Below the pieces are notes generated by a model, which was not told the origin of the DNA, ran no database searches, and was given only the letters and a program-made list of their open reading frames with translations. The position numbers were made by a program, and so were the translations under genes. A DNA stretch of 64,000 nucleotides. It comes from Escherichia coli. Its GTDB lineage: Bacteria > Pseudomonadota > Gammaproteobacteria > Enterobacterales > Enterobacteriaceae. Of this stretch, positions 16,405 to 25,627 are shown in pieces; position 1 is the stretch's first letter, and each line of letters starts with the position of its first letter. The stretch lies in the NCBI RefSeq assembly GCF_022846255.1, contig NZ_AP025682.1; one strand, given 5' to 3'.

Positions 16405-16784
16405 TGGCAATATTAGGTTTAGGTACGGATATTGTGGAGATCGCTCGCATAGAAGCGGTGATCGCCCGATCCGGTGAACGCCTGGCACGCCGCGTATTAA
16501 GCGATAACGAATGGGCAATCTGGAAAACGCACCACCAGCCGGTGCGTTTTCTGGCGAAGCGTTTTGCTGTGAAAGAAGCGGCGGCAAAAGCGTTTGGCAC
16601 CGGGATCCGCAATGGTCTGGCGTTTAATCAATTTGAAGTATTCAATGATGAGCTCGGCAAACCACGGCTACGGCTATGGGGTGAGGCATTAAAACTGGCG
16701 GAAAAGCTCGGCGTTGTAAATATGCATGTAACGCTGGCAGATGAACGCCACTATGCTTGTGCCACGGTAATTATTGAAAGTTAA
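16404..16784 (+). CDS. acpS: holo-ACP synthase
   Basis: 126 aa ([20 protein letters not shown]...); start overlaps the pdxJ stop. Confidence 0.95.
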
Positions 16785-16805
16785 AAAATACCGTTCTCTT
16801 TATAA

Positions 16806-16890
16806 AGTAAAACCCCCGAACTGGTAAGGAACGGGGGTTTTCAGTTTACAACTTTAATTTTGTGCAGCACACGATTCCAACGGAAATAAT
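16806..16890 (-). ncRNA. ohsC: candidate OhsC-like antisense sRNA; approximate bounds
   Basis: Inferred from the K-12 locus. A minus-strand transcript over 16862..16880 would be complementary (18 of 19) to 17111..17129 in the shoB 5' UTR and could end at the hairpin at 16813..16841. Confidence 0.3.
16813..16841. terminator. rho-independent terminator after acpS, possibly bidirectional
   Basis: Stem CCCCCG / CGGGGG with a 13-nt loop and T4 on the + strand; U-rich on the opposite strand as well. Confidence 0.6.
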
Positions 16891-17204
16891 TATGGATCAA
16901 TTTCGTTGACCTGTACAAGCAACTTGCAATCTCTGACATAAAAAACGCGAGCCTTTACGAAGAAATCGACATTGATGAAAAGATTAACGTGACCGCTTTT
17001 TGATAAGTACATTAAAATCGGTTTCATTATTGGCAATTTTGCTGTGCTTTACACCATGCCACTGAATTCCCCCATTGAAACGAGTGGTGTCGTCAAAGCT
17101 CTGGTGTGGAGTGCAGCACTCGATTCCAATAACTCGCACGTTCAGTTTTGGGGAGATGTAAGGGCTAATCTGAACGGCTGCATTCCTTGTTTAAGGAAAA
17201 ACGA

Positions 17205-17285
17205 ATGACTGATTGCCGATACCTGATTAAACGGGTTATCAAAATCATCATTGCTGTTTTACAGCTGATCCTTCTGTTCTTATAA
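17205..17285 (+). CDS. shoB: small toxic membrane peptide ShoB (type I toxin)
   Basis: 26-codon ORF MTDCRYLIKRVIKIIIAVLQLILLFL, below the ORF-track size cutoff and found by eye. Confidence 0.8.
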   Translation: MTDCRYLIKRVIKIIIAVLQLILLFL

Positions 17286-17307
17286 CACAAGGAAACGTAC
17301 TTAAGGT

Positions 17308-17337
17308 GCGTCCGGTGAACCAGTCGGACGCGCCTTT
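17308..17337 (+). terminator. hairpin after shoB
   Basis: Stem GCGTCCG / CGGACGC with a 10-nt loop, short T-run. Confidence 0.4.
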
Positions 17338-17478
17338 AATAACTATAAATAAGTGTCTGGGCAGATACTATATAAATTAACTTAGTGAATGATTATGCTA
17401 ATGTCATCATTTAAATAAATATAATAGCGTTAAGATTTTTCTATAAAATAATTAACACTCTACTTCCAGAGCAGAATA

Positions 17479-17748
<270 letters not shown>

Positions 17749-17954
17749 TTACCGTTAAATCATTTTAAAAATCAGTAAGTTGTATCGAGTTTGTATGCTT
17801 TACTGTCATTAACTTACTGTATGTTGATCCAGTGTATTTAACCTTGATAAACTCAGTCCAGTAACACAAAGCCGCAACACATTGCATTTTGTCCCGTAGA
17901 AAAGACTTGTATGTGTGTGCTTGTTTTCTGCGCCTACGCAGATAAGGATTGAGA

Positions 17955-19352
17955 ATGCCGCGCACTGTAACACATAATCCGGATAGCCCCAATAATGACG
18001 ATGTTTTAGCCGCATCTGAAAAATGGGACGCCTGTAAACCCCCCTATACCAGCGCACACATGAAAATCTGTGTTGCTGCCGCCAAAATCATCCTCGCTGC
18101 TTCCGGCGTGGCTCGCCGTTCCAAATACGAAAAAGAGAACTATCTCCGTATCGATTTCAGCAAAGCCGGTAAGGTTACATTTTACGCCGAGTTTCCAAAA
18201 AAGATGGGCCTCAAAGGTAAAAAGCTCGGCGAGTGGCCGGAGCTCGCTATCCAGCTGGCGCGCGAAAAAGCGCTAGGTATGGCTGACGGTGGCCTGCGGG
18301 CAGAGTCCGTACATGCAGCGCTGGAAATGTACCGGGATGACCTCAAAGCCAAAGTCGCCCGGCAGAAGCTGAGCCCGGACAGTTTCACAACCTACGGGGT
18401 GCGTATCGACCGGATTAAAGCAACGTTCGGCGAGCGCGAGGTGTTCAGCGACGTAACATACAATCGGCTGGTGGAAGTGCTGGACGAGTGGATCGCTACT
18501 CGCTCGAACAATAACGCCCTGGAGTTGTTTGCCGAGCTCCGTCGGTTCTGGAAGTTCTGCGCACCTACTCTTTGCAACGGCCGCAATGTTGCCGCCAGTC
18601 TGCCAGATGATTATGTTTCCTCCCGCGTACAGAAACCTACCCCCACACGGCTTTTTACCGATATTGAATCAATCGCCCGACTCTGGCTCAATGTTGCTGC
18701 CTGCACCTCTGTACACCAGAAGAATGCTGTTCGCTTCATGATCATCACTGGTGTTCGTCCGATTAATGTCCATAACCTGCGCTGGGACTACGTTCACGAG
18801 GAGGCTGGTGAAATTGTTTATCCGGAAGGGGTTATCGGCATGCGAGGGGCTATGAAAACACAAAAGGCTTTCCGCCTGCCGATAACCCCTGAGATCCGGC
18901 GGATTATCGACGAGCAGAAAGCCTGGCGTGATTCAGTTCCTGAGTGCAACAGGGATTATGTATTTTTGCAGCCACGTGATCCAATGCAGCCATTTTCAAA
19001 ACGATCACTGGATAAGCTGGTGAAAACATACAGCCCGGACGGGGCTGTAAAAGGAATAAAACATGATGGGACTGTTAAAGGGAAAGACGGTGCATTTAAT
19101 ACGATGTGCCGTAAATTCCTTAAGAGCAATGTTATTGCCTTGATGAAGGAAAGAGGCTATTCCCGCTCAGACCGAAGGGAAATCAGCCTCCTTTGCCTTC
19201 ACCACTCCAGCAAGTCAGATGACCCGATGGCAGAACATTACGACTTTTCTGATGAGATTTTACAGGAAGAGATTGCGTTGAAGCGCGAAGCTTTCGAGGC
19301 TCACGAGCGGAGCATACTTGCGCAGGTGGCATTGCTACGGCGGCGAGGTTAA
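17955..19352 (+). CDS. phage integrase (divergent tyrosine-recombinase-like)
   Basis: 465 aa from the internal ATG with AAGGA Shine-Dalgarno (ORF-track start 17949 is TTG); position beside attL; candidate catalytic R/H/Y residues in the C-terminal half. Confidence 0.65.
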   Translation: MPRTVTHNPDSPNNDDVLAASEKWDACKPPYTSAHMKICVAAAKIILAASGVARRSKYEKENYLRIDFSKAGKVTFYAEFPKKMGLKGKKLGEWPELAIQLAREKALGMADGGLRAESVHAALEMYRDDLKAKVARQKLSPDSFTTYGVRIDRIKATFGEREVFSDVTYNRLVEVLDEWIATRSNNNALELFAELRRFWKFCAPTLCNGRNVAASLPDDYVSSRVQKPTPTRLFTDIESIARLWLNVAACTSVHQKNAVRFMIITGVRPINVHNLRWDYVHEEAGEIVYPEGVIGMRGAMKTQKAFRLPITPEIRRIIDEQKAWRDSVPECNRDYVFLQPRDPMQPFSKRSLDKLVKTYSPDGAVKGIKHDGTVKGKDGAFNTMCRKFLKSNVIALMKERGYSRSDRREISLLCLHHSSKSDDPMAEHYDFSDEILQEEIALKREAFEAHERSILAQVALLRRRG

Positions 19353-19549
19353 TACTGGCTGCGACATTTTTGAATAAAAGCGTCGATATTTCGGCGCTCA
19401 TAACGAACTACTTTTGCACTGAAACGAATTGGTGCCAGGATAGCCCGATGACGATGCTTAATATTCCACTCACATAGCGTTTTCTGTGTAATACCTAACT
19501 TTTGGCATACTTCATCCGGGGTGAGTAAATCGTCGGGTTTCTCGCTCAT
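19349..19549 (-). CDS. AlpA-like excisionase / DNA-binding protein
   Basis: 66 aa (LLTPDEVCQKLGITQKTLCEWNIKH...); convergent with and 4 bp overlapping the integrase 3' end. Confidence 0.6.
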   Translation of the reverse strand: MSEKPDDLLTPDEVCQKLGITQKTLCEWNIKHRHRAILAPIRFSAKVVRYERRNIDAFIQKCRSQY

Positions 19550-20940
19550 GCTATACCTCTCTTTTTCATGGCATCGAGCAGGATGTCCTGCACTGTTCGT
19601 TTTGAGTTGCGCCGCTCCATCACCATTTCATCCATAGTGTCGGCAGCAATAATGTGGTGAATAAATACCGGACGATTGTGTCCGGCCTGTATCTGCCTGG
19701 TGGGGCCGATACGTTCAATAATTTGCTGATATTGCTCCAGGTCCCACCAGTGTGAGAAAAATACCAGTATATTTCCGCCGTCCTGCATGTTCAGGCCGTG
19801 GCCCGCGCTGGCTGGGTGTGCAAAGAGAACAGGAATCTTTCCGGAATTCCAGTCGCGCAGTGTCTGTGGATCCTGGTCGAGGTGACGACCGCGAGGGAAT
19901 GCTTTAAGCAAGCGTTCAAGATCGTGTTTCCAGTGATAAGCAACCAGCACAGGTGCGCCAGCTGCTTCGGTCAGTATGCTGTCCAGCGCCTGTAGTTTGG
20001 TGTCATGCAGTTCTGACCAACTTCCGGTGTCATCTGTGTATACTGCGCCGCTGGCGATTTGCAGACACTTCAGTGTCTTTGCCGCGGCGTTCGGTGCTTC
20101 GATGCCTTCGCCATTCAGCTCGAGGAACATTTCCTTTTCCATTTCACGATACTGCTGACGGGCCTTCGGTGGCATATCCACGCGGATTACGTTATGGATG
20201 GGGTCTTTGATATCGAACCAGTCGGCCGCATCCAGCGAGAGGGTTACATCGGCTAACGCTCGCTGTATTTCACCCTGTGAGTGAGCAAAAGGCTCCAGTT
20301 TGGTCCAGCTCTGCCCCGGAAACTGTATCGAGTTGAACCAGCGTGAGGTAAACGCGCCGTAAGTGCGCCCGAGACGTTGCCCCTGGTCCACAAACCACGA
20401 TTGTCCCCACAAATCTACCAGGCCGTTCGGTGCTGGCGTACCGGTGAGATTTATCCAGCGCCGGACATACTTATGCGCCACTTTGCCCAGCGCCGCCGCG
20501 CGCTTACCACCACCGCGCAGCCGGAAGGATTTTAGCCGGGTGCTTTCATCTGGAATGACAGTACCGAACGGCCATCGTTCTCCCAATTCTTCAATCAGCC
20601 AGACAAGGTTATCGTAGTTGATGGTGAACACGCTTGCGTTGCTGTTCGTCAGCGCCATAGAGCGCGCTTTGGCATTACCAATAATTGGCTGCACCTCGAT
20701 ATTGCGCAAATGTCCCCACTTCAGTGCTTCATCCGGCCATGTGCTGGCAGCCACGCGCAGCGGCGCGAGGACCAGTGCGGGGCATGTTTCTGCCCCTGCC
20801 ATAAAGAGATCTTCCAGCGCAGTGAGCGTTGCCACGGTTTTACCCATTCCCATCCCCGCCCAGATGTTGCCGCGCAGGGTTTCGGTTTCGTGGTTGATAA
20901 TGAGATCTTGGTAGGGGCGAGGTATATATTTTGGGGGCAT
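19546..20940 (-). CDS. SNF2-family helicase-like protein
   Basis: 464 aa; GMGMGKT Walker A, DEAD-like VIPDESTRL, helicase C-terminal region. Confidence 0.7.
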   Translation of the reverse strand: MPPKYIPRPYQDLIINHETETLRGNIWAGMGMGKTVATLTALEDLFMAGAETCPALVLAPLRVAASTWPDEALKWGHLRNIEVQPIIGNAKARSMALTNSNASVFTINYDNLVWLIEELGERWPFGTVIPDESTRLKSFRLRGGGKRAAALGKVAHKYVRRWINLTGTPAPNGLVDLWGQSWFVDQGQRLGRTYGAFTSRWFNSIQFPGQSWTKLEPFAHSQGEIQRALADVTLSLDAADWFDIKDPIHNVIRVDMPPKARQQYREMEKEMFLELNGEGIEAPNAAAKTLKCLQIASGAVYTDDTGSWSELHDTKLQALDSILTEAAGAPVLVAYHWKHDLERLLKAFPRGRHLDQDPQTLRDWNSGKIPVLFAHPASAGHGLNMQDGGNILVFFSHWWDLEQYQQIIERIGPTRQIQAGHNRPVFIHHIIAADTMDEMVMERRNSKRTVQDILLDAMKKRGIA

Positions 20941-20955
20941 ATAATATGGCTCCTA

Positions 20956-20989
20956 AACAACAAAAGGCCAATTTAGGCCTTTTGTTGTT
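20956..20989 (-). terminator. 14-bp perfect hairpin between the 305-aa cargo gene and the helicase gene
   Basis: AACAACAAAAGGCC / GGCCTTTTGTTGTT with loop AATTTA; 3' arm is U-rich on the minus-strand transcript. Confidence 0.45.
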
Positions 20990-21002
20990 TTAAAAATGTT
21001 AT

Positions 21003-21920
21003 TTATAATAGTGCTGTTACTATTGCATCTTTAAAAATATTTTCTTCTTCATTTATTAAAGGTGATGACAGATGAATAATTACTTCTTTTCCTGTCAATA
21101 CTATTTGCTCGACTTGAAATCCTGCGTTGTGTAGTCTTTGGCGTAACTTTTCTAGTGCTGATTTTGATATACTAAATCCTTCACTCCTTATAGTATAACT
21201 GGCAACTCCATTTTTAATAATATCTACAGAGTTGTCAATTTCCTGCTGCGAGTAATTTTTCGGTGAGTCGAAAAATCTGGATTTTGTCGTTGCTGTTGCC
21301 CTAAGAGATATCAATAATGATTTGATATCTTTAATCTCAGATGCCAGATACTCAGTTTCTGATACTTCTTTCTGGTCTAGTTGTGCAACTTTGAAAGTGC
21401 CAAAATGTTTGAGGAATGTTGTGTATTCAGGATCAGTTACTGACTTTAAATATGTTTCTTTTATCTTGCTCGCAAGTCTTTCTTTGAATAAATTGATTGA
21501 TTGGTATCTTAAATCCGAAGGGTACTCTAAATGTTCAATTGATGAAATGTCAAAGCTATAAGGAGTGCGCTCGTCCTTAATAATTACGGTCGGTTTGTCA
21601 AATGCGAGACGCATTCCTAATTCAAACATTACATTAGCGTTTCGAGCACTTATATCGCAAACAACTATGGGGTTTTCATAAAGATTTTGAACAATTCGTT
21701 TTTGTATTACTGCAACATCATCATCTGAACTTACCAAATTTGCCTTGAATCCGGCATCATTTGATGCTTCACAAATAATGTCATGAACATTTCTCCAATG
21801 TCCAGTGGGATAACCTTCTATGTCCGCAATTGGCATAATAATGCCGCATATATGAGGTGGCATATTTTTGTTGTCTTTTACATCATCTTGGTTTATTTCT
21901 TTCGTTTGTTGCTTAGCCAT
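21003..21920 (-). CDS. hypothetical cargo protein with N-terminal TIR-like/NDT-like domain
   Basis: 305 aa; motifs ICGIIMPI, PIVVCDIS and RNANVMFELGMRLAFDKPTVII resemble the beta-strand and NV-x-FELG core of the 253-aa protein; AT-rich by eye. Confidence 0.35.
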   Translation of the reverse strand: MAKQQTKEINQDDVKDNKNMPPHICGIIMPIADIEGYPTGHWRNVHDIICEASNDAGFKANLVSSDDDVAVIQKRIVQNLYENPIVVCDISARNANVMFELGMRLAFDKPTVIIKDERTPYSFDISSIEHLEYPSDLRYQSINLFKERLASKIKETYLKSVTDPEYTTFLKHFGTFKVAQLDQKEVSETEYLASEIKDIKSLLISLRATATTKSRFFDSPKNYSQQEIDNSVDIIKNGVASYTIRSEGFSISKSALEKLRQRLHNAGFQVEQIVLTGKEVIIHLSSPLINEEENIFKDAIVTALL

Positions 21921-21935
21921 AGCTTACACAGACTC

Positions 21936-22220
21936 CTATTGTAATTTTTTGCCTAATATACATGAAAGCTCCTTACTATCCAGTACTACCACGGTAAAGC
22001 CCAGTTTTCGCAGACGTTCATGCTCGCGCAACTGATCAGGTCGTGGTGGTTTGCCTGGTGCTTTGCATTCGACAAAGACGATGCGACCGCCGGGTAGCAG
22101 AACAATGCGATCTGGTACCGAGCGGAGACCGGGAGATACGAACTTAAAGGCAACCCCGCCAGCCTTTTTTACTTCAGCGACGAGGTGCTTTTCGATTAGG
22201 TTTTCACGTTCATAGGCCAT
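21936..22220 (-). CDS. VRR-NUC domain nuclease
   Basis: 94 aa (GFKFVSPGLRSVPDRIVLLPGGRIVFVECKAPGKPPRPDQ). Confidence 0.65.
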   Translation of the reverse strand: MAYERENLIEKHLVAEVKKAGGVAFKFVSPGLRSVPDRIVLLPGGRIVFVECKAPGKPPRPDQLREHERLRKLGFTVVVLDSKELSCILGKKLQ

Positions 22221-22414
22221 TAGCTTTCGCCTTCCTGCTTTTTGCGTTTCTTCATGCAGATAGCGCAGTTCTCAGGATGGTCATGCCATTCGTCAATCCT
22301 GATACCTGTGAACATCCATTTTCCGCATAGTGATATGGCTTCCCCCGAATTAAAGAAATGTGCTTTTTTCGACAGGGCGGGGAACCCCCAACCTTTATTA
22401 TCGATATTAGACAT
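22220..22414 (-). CDS. small cysteine-containing phage protein
   Basis: 64 aa with C..C and CxxC spacing (SLCGKW...ENCAICM). Confidence 0.4.
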   Translation of the reverse strand: MSNIDNKGWGFPALSKKAHFFNSGEAISLCGKWMFTGIRIDEWHDHPENCAICMKKRKKQEGES

Positions 22415-22604
22415 CGTCCACCTCCTTACGCTTTTCGCGCATGTTCTGCATCAGACAAAAATCAAACCGACGTTCGCTTTGGCCCAGACCTGCATCGCCC
22501 GGTCGTACCCGCTGGACTGTTCAAGGCGCAAAGCCTCCCGCGCAGTCCGGTAATAAAGCGGACTGTCCCGGTATTTAAATGACATAGGGTTTTTATTCCC
22601 AAAT

Positions 22605-22625
22605 AAAAAACCCCGCAATGCAGGG
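22605..22625 (-). terminator. hairpin with U6 after the 253-aa cargo gene
   Basis: Minus-strand CCCTGC / GCGGGG stem with one G-U pair and a 3-nt loop, followed by U6. Confidence 0.4.
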
Positions 22626-22649
22626 TTGTAATCAACAATAAGGGGGTAA

Positions 22650-23411
22650 TTACGAGGAAGCGTTAGCTATTTGAGCTTGTGTAAATTCGAAACCAGAATT
22701 TTGTAACCGTTGCACTAGACGAGGAACTGTTTCACGTACATGGTCGTTGAAATTCAGATACAAAATCCCGTTAGCATCAGAAGGCTGTTCTAGGTGCTGT
22801 TTCTGAAGGATTGCTACATTGCTGCGCCCTAAGGACGAAAGAAGCATACCCATCTCGAGTACAACGTTCTGTCTTGCGCGGGGTTGGATTTCTGCTTCAC
22901 CGGCGCGCTTTGAGTATCCCATATCATCAGGTGTCAAAAGAACAATCCCGAAACGGGTAGCAGTTTGTCCTTGCCCAATTTCACGTTCAAGCTCTTCAAT
23001 AATGGTGAGTCCAGTCCCTCCCGTATTCTGCAAAATGAAATGGTCTGGTAATCCAAGTTTATGAAGGATTAGCTCAAGTTGTTCCTTTGCAGTATGGTCA
23101 TGGCCGTGAACAATGAATATCTTTTTGGGAAGCTCAGATGGCTGTTCTACGGCTAGTGGTGTTGCCGTGGGGGGCGTTCCTAAATGGGACATTATTGCAG
23201 TTTCAACATTGGGACGTTCTTGAGGGTTACCTTGAAACTGAATGGTCCGGGTGGTGTAAAGGTTAACAATTACGCCATTCGTTAAACGATAGCAGTCATA
23301 AGTCTCACGCTGTTCGTGGGAAAAATTGGTGAACCCACACTCCCTCAAAAAGTCAGGAAAAGATTCTCTCGGGTATGGATAGGTGATCGGCATTTCAGTT
23401 AGTTCCTGCAT
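22650..23411 (-). CDS. hypothetical cargo protein with C-terminal TIR-like domain
   Basis: 253 aa; KKIFIVHGHDHTAKEQLELILHKLGL and RARQNVVLEMGMLLSSLGRSNVAILQK resemble the COG4271-type TIR-like nucleotide-binding fold (from memory of motifs); unrecognised ~100-aa N-terminal domain. Confidence 0.45.
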   Translation of the reverse strand: MQELTEMPITYPYPRESFPDFLRECGFTNFSHEQRETYDCYRLTNGVIVNLYTTRTIQFQGNPQERPNVETAIMSHLGTPPTATPLAVEQPSELPKKIFIVHGHDHTAKEQLELILHKLGLPDHFILQNTGGTGLTIIEELEREIGQGQTATRFGIVLLTPDDMGYSKRAGEAEIQPRARQNVVLEMGMLLSSLGRSNVAILQKQHLEQPSDANGILYLNFNDHVRETVPRLVQRLQNSGFEFTQAQIANASS

Positions 23412-23475
23412 AAGTATTGTTCCTTTAATTTACTCGAATTCAGCATGTCGCCATAGCTCGATAAGGTGAGTTATA

Positions 23476-25551
23476 TCAATCTTTTTTGTAGTGGTACGCC
23501 TCAAAGCCGCCAGCGTTCAGCGGAATATCGGGTGCCCATTCGGGGTTAGTGGAGAGAAGCGCGGAAAGCGCTTTATCGTTGAAATCTTCTGTGTCTGGTG
23601 CTTCGGTGATCACCTCGTCGTGTACCGTTAGCACAATGCTGTAACCGGCACCCTCGATCAGCGGCATGTTTCTGGCCAGAACGTCGCGGGCGGCCGCCTG
23701 GGTGACGTTCTCCACCAGCTTTCCGCCGTAGGTTTTGAGTCGTTGCCATTTACGCGAATAAGAGTTAACACCCATGTAGGTGATATTCCCTTGTTCGATA
23801 ACCGGAGACGGGTAGCATACAGCGCGTCCGGATGGTAGCTGTATGCGCAGCCACGCGCCATCACGTCGGATTTTAAGATAGCCGCAATACAATGTTTTTT
23901 GCGGTGTGGCGATTGCTGTGCGGACAGTGCGCTCCAGCTCGTACCAGAAATCGCAGGTCGCCGGGTGCGCCCTGCGCCACAGGCGCTTGAGCGAGTCACA
24001 TGCGATGAATACACGCTCGGACAGGCCAAAGGTCGACTTACGCTTAACCGATTCGTCGTACCAGCTTTTTGCCTCGCGGATAACATCGCGGGGAATGTTT
24101 GGCAGTGCGGCGTTCGCCAGCTCGTCGAGATCGAGACCGTAAACCAGAGCAAAAGTGATGAAAGCCGATACACCACCTCCATAACCCAGACCGAGTTCCA
24201 TGACTTTACCGATCTGACGCATGTGTTTATCAACATCATCTGGTGCAATATCGAAAGCTTTTGCATACGCCAGTTTATATAAGTCCGGACCCGTTCCAGC
24301 GTCATACTCTCTGAATGCATTCAGTTTCCATTCTTCTCCCGCCAGCCATGCCAGCATACGGCCTTCAATGTTTGACAAGTCACTTACCACTAGTTTTTTG
24401 CCTGTTGGCGCGATAATGCAGCCACGTAACGCTGAACTGGTTAGTTCCATGATATTGTCAAACAGCAGGTCTGCACATCCGGCTTTCAGTGCTTCGATGC
24501 CTTCGTCTATTTGTTCCTGTTTTAGTGAAGGGCGGGGAAGGTTCTGGGGCTGGAATAGCCGTCCGGCCCAACGACCGGTACGTGACGCCCCGCAGAACTG
24601 TAGCGTACCGCGTAAGCGCCCGTCGTGGCTTACGCCTTTCATCAGTGCCTTGTATTTACTGGTGCTGGTAGTACTGGCTTGCAGGCGGATAGCCAGCAGT
24701 TCTTTCACGGCAGATGATAAATCGGGGTCGGCCATACGACGTTCCAGGGTACTGCGTTGCATGTCTGGTAGCTCCACACCGTAGGATTCAACGATGTGCT
24801 TAATCAACGCGTCCCGTTGTGTGGCTGCCTGCACTTCGCCATCAGTCATTTCCTGTGTACGCTTTGCTAGGCGCTTTTGCTCCTGGTCTACCGCTTCGAT
24901 CGCAGCGCGCGCGAGTTGCATGTCCATGCAGACGCCCCGGTCGTTGATCTGCTGATCACGATGCCAGAGCGCCAGCTCTGTCCCCTGATAATTCCACTTC
25001 GGCAGACGTTTATAGACTTCGCGCATTGCCTCGATATCCAGTCCGGCGTAAGCAACAAAGCGCCGCCATTCTTCCGGGTGGGTTTTGCTGGTGGCACGGC
25101 GCAGTTTGCTGTTTTTCGGGCGGGGCTTACAGAACAGCTGGATCAGCGCTTTACCTTCTTTGTCCTTCGCTTTGTCTTGCGGGACGCCGAGTATTTCGCA
25201 GAGTTCCCCCAGAGACCCCGGGAGACCGTGCGCCAGCGCCTGCACCATTGTGTCTCGCCAGCGTTTGGCGCTACCTGCAACAACGCATTGGGGAGTGTGC
25301 AGCAATGCATGGCGCAACATGGTGCGATCGAAATGGCTGTTGTGTGCATATATTAGTACGCTCTCATCGCTGAGAGCTGTCAGTAGTCGTGTCGGCAAGT
25401 TATAGTCTGTGGTTAAATCGTGTACGCTGACGGGGTCTTCGTCGATTGCCCATGCGAATAACATGATTTCGACTCCTTCTGCATAGACATGGGTGCCGTT
25501 TTTTATTGGGATTTCGCTGAAAGTTTCGAGGTCTAACCAAAGTTTTTGCAT
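23476..25551 (-). CDS. family A DNA polymerase (PolA-like, exonuclease + polymerase)
   Basis: 691 aa from the first ATG ([13 protein letters not shown]... exonuclease-like); the ORF-track start at 25593 is TTG and lies inside the upstream hairpin. Confidence 0.8.
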   Translation of the reverse strand: MQKLWLDLETFSEIPIKNGTHVYAEGVEIMLFAWAIDEDPVSVHDLTTDYNLPTRLLTALSDESVLIYAHNSHFDRTMLRHALLHTPQCVVAGSAKRWRDTMVQALAHGLPGSLGELCEILGVPQDKAKDKEGKALIQLFCKPRPKNSKLRRATSKTHPEEWRRFVAYAGLDIEAMREVYKRLPKWNYQGTELALWHRDQQINDRGVCMDMQLARAAIEAVDQEQKRLAKRTQEMTDGEVQAATQRDALIKHIVESYGVELPDMQRSTLERRMADPDLSSAVKELLAIRLQASTTSTSKYKALMKGVSHDGRLRGTLQFCGASRTGRWAGRLFQPQNLPRPSLKQEQIDEGIEALKAGCADLLFDNIMELTSSALRGCIIAPTGKKLVVSDLSNIEGRMLAWLAGEEWKLNAFREYDAGTGPDLYKLAYAKAFDIAPDDVDKHMRQIGKVMELGLGYGGGVSAFITFALVYGLDLDELANAALPNIPRDVIREAKSWYDESVKRKSTFGLSERVFIACDSLKRLWRRAHPATCDFWYELERTVRTAIATPQKTLYCGYLKIRRDGAWLRIQLPSGRAVCYPSPVIEQGNITYMGVNSYSRKWQRLKTYGGKLVENVTQAAARDVLARNMPLIEGAGYSIVLTVHDEVITEAPDTEDFNDKALSALLSTNPEWAPDIPLNAGGFEAYHYKKD

Positions 25552-25580
25552 CAAGTAAGGACCCGTTGGATTTAATAAAT

Positions 25581-25607
25581 AAAAAGCCGCCAAAATGGCG
25601 GCTTTTT
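25581..25607 (-). terminator. rho-independent terminator directly after the SIR2-like gene
   Basis: GCCGCC / GGCGGC stem with a 5-nt loop, flanked by A5 and T5 (bidirectional shape). Confidence 0.6.
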
Positions 25608-25627
25608 ATAACCGAAGTTAAGAATGC

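Noticed and set aside
16905-16940. Sigma-70 promoter for shoB (TTGACC at 16906..16911)
   Set aside because: Good -35 hexamer but no convincing -10 element at 16-18 bp spacing; left unannotated.
17876-17885. 10-bp repeat AACACATTGC (also at 59925..59934) first considered as the att core
   Set aside because: Superseded by the perfect 18-bp repeat within yfhL, which also explains the duplicated yfhL 5' end; the 10-bp match is within chance expectation.
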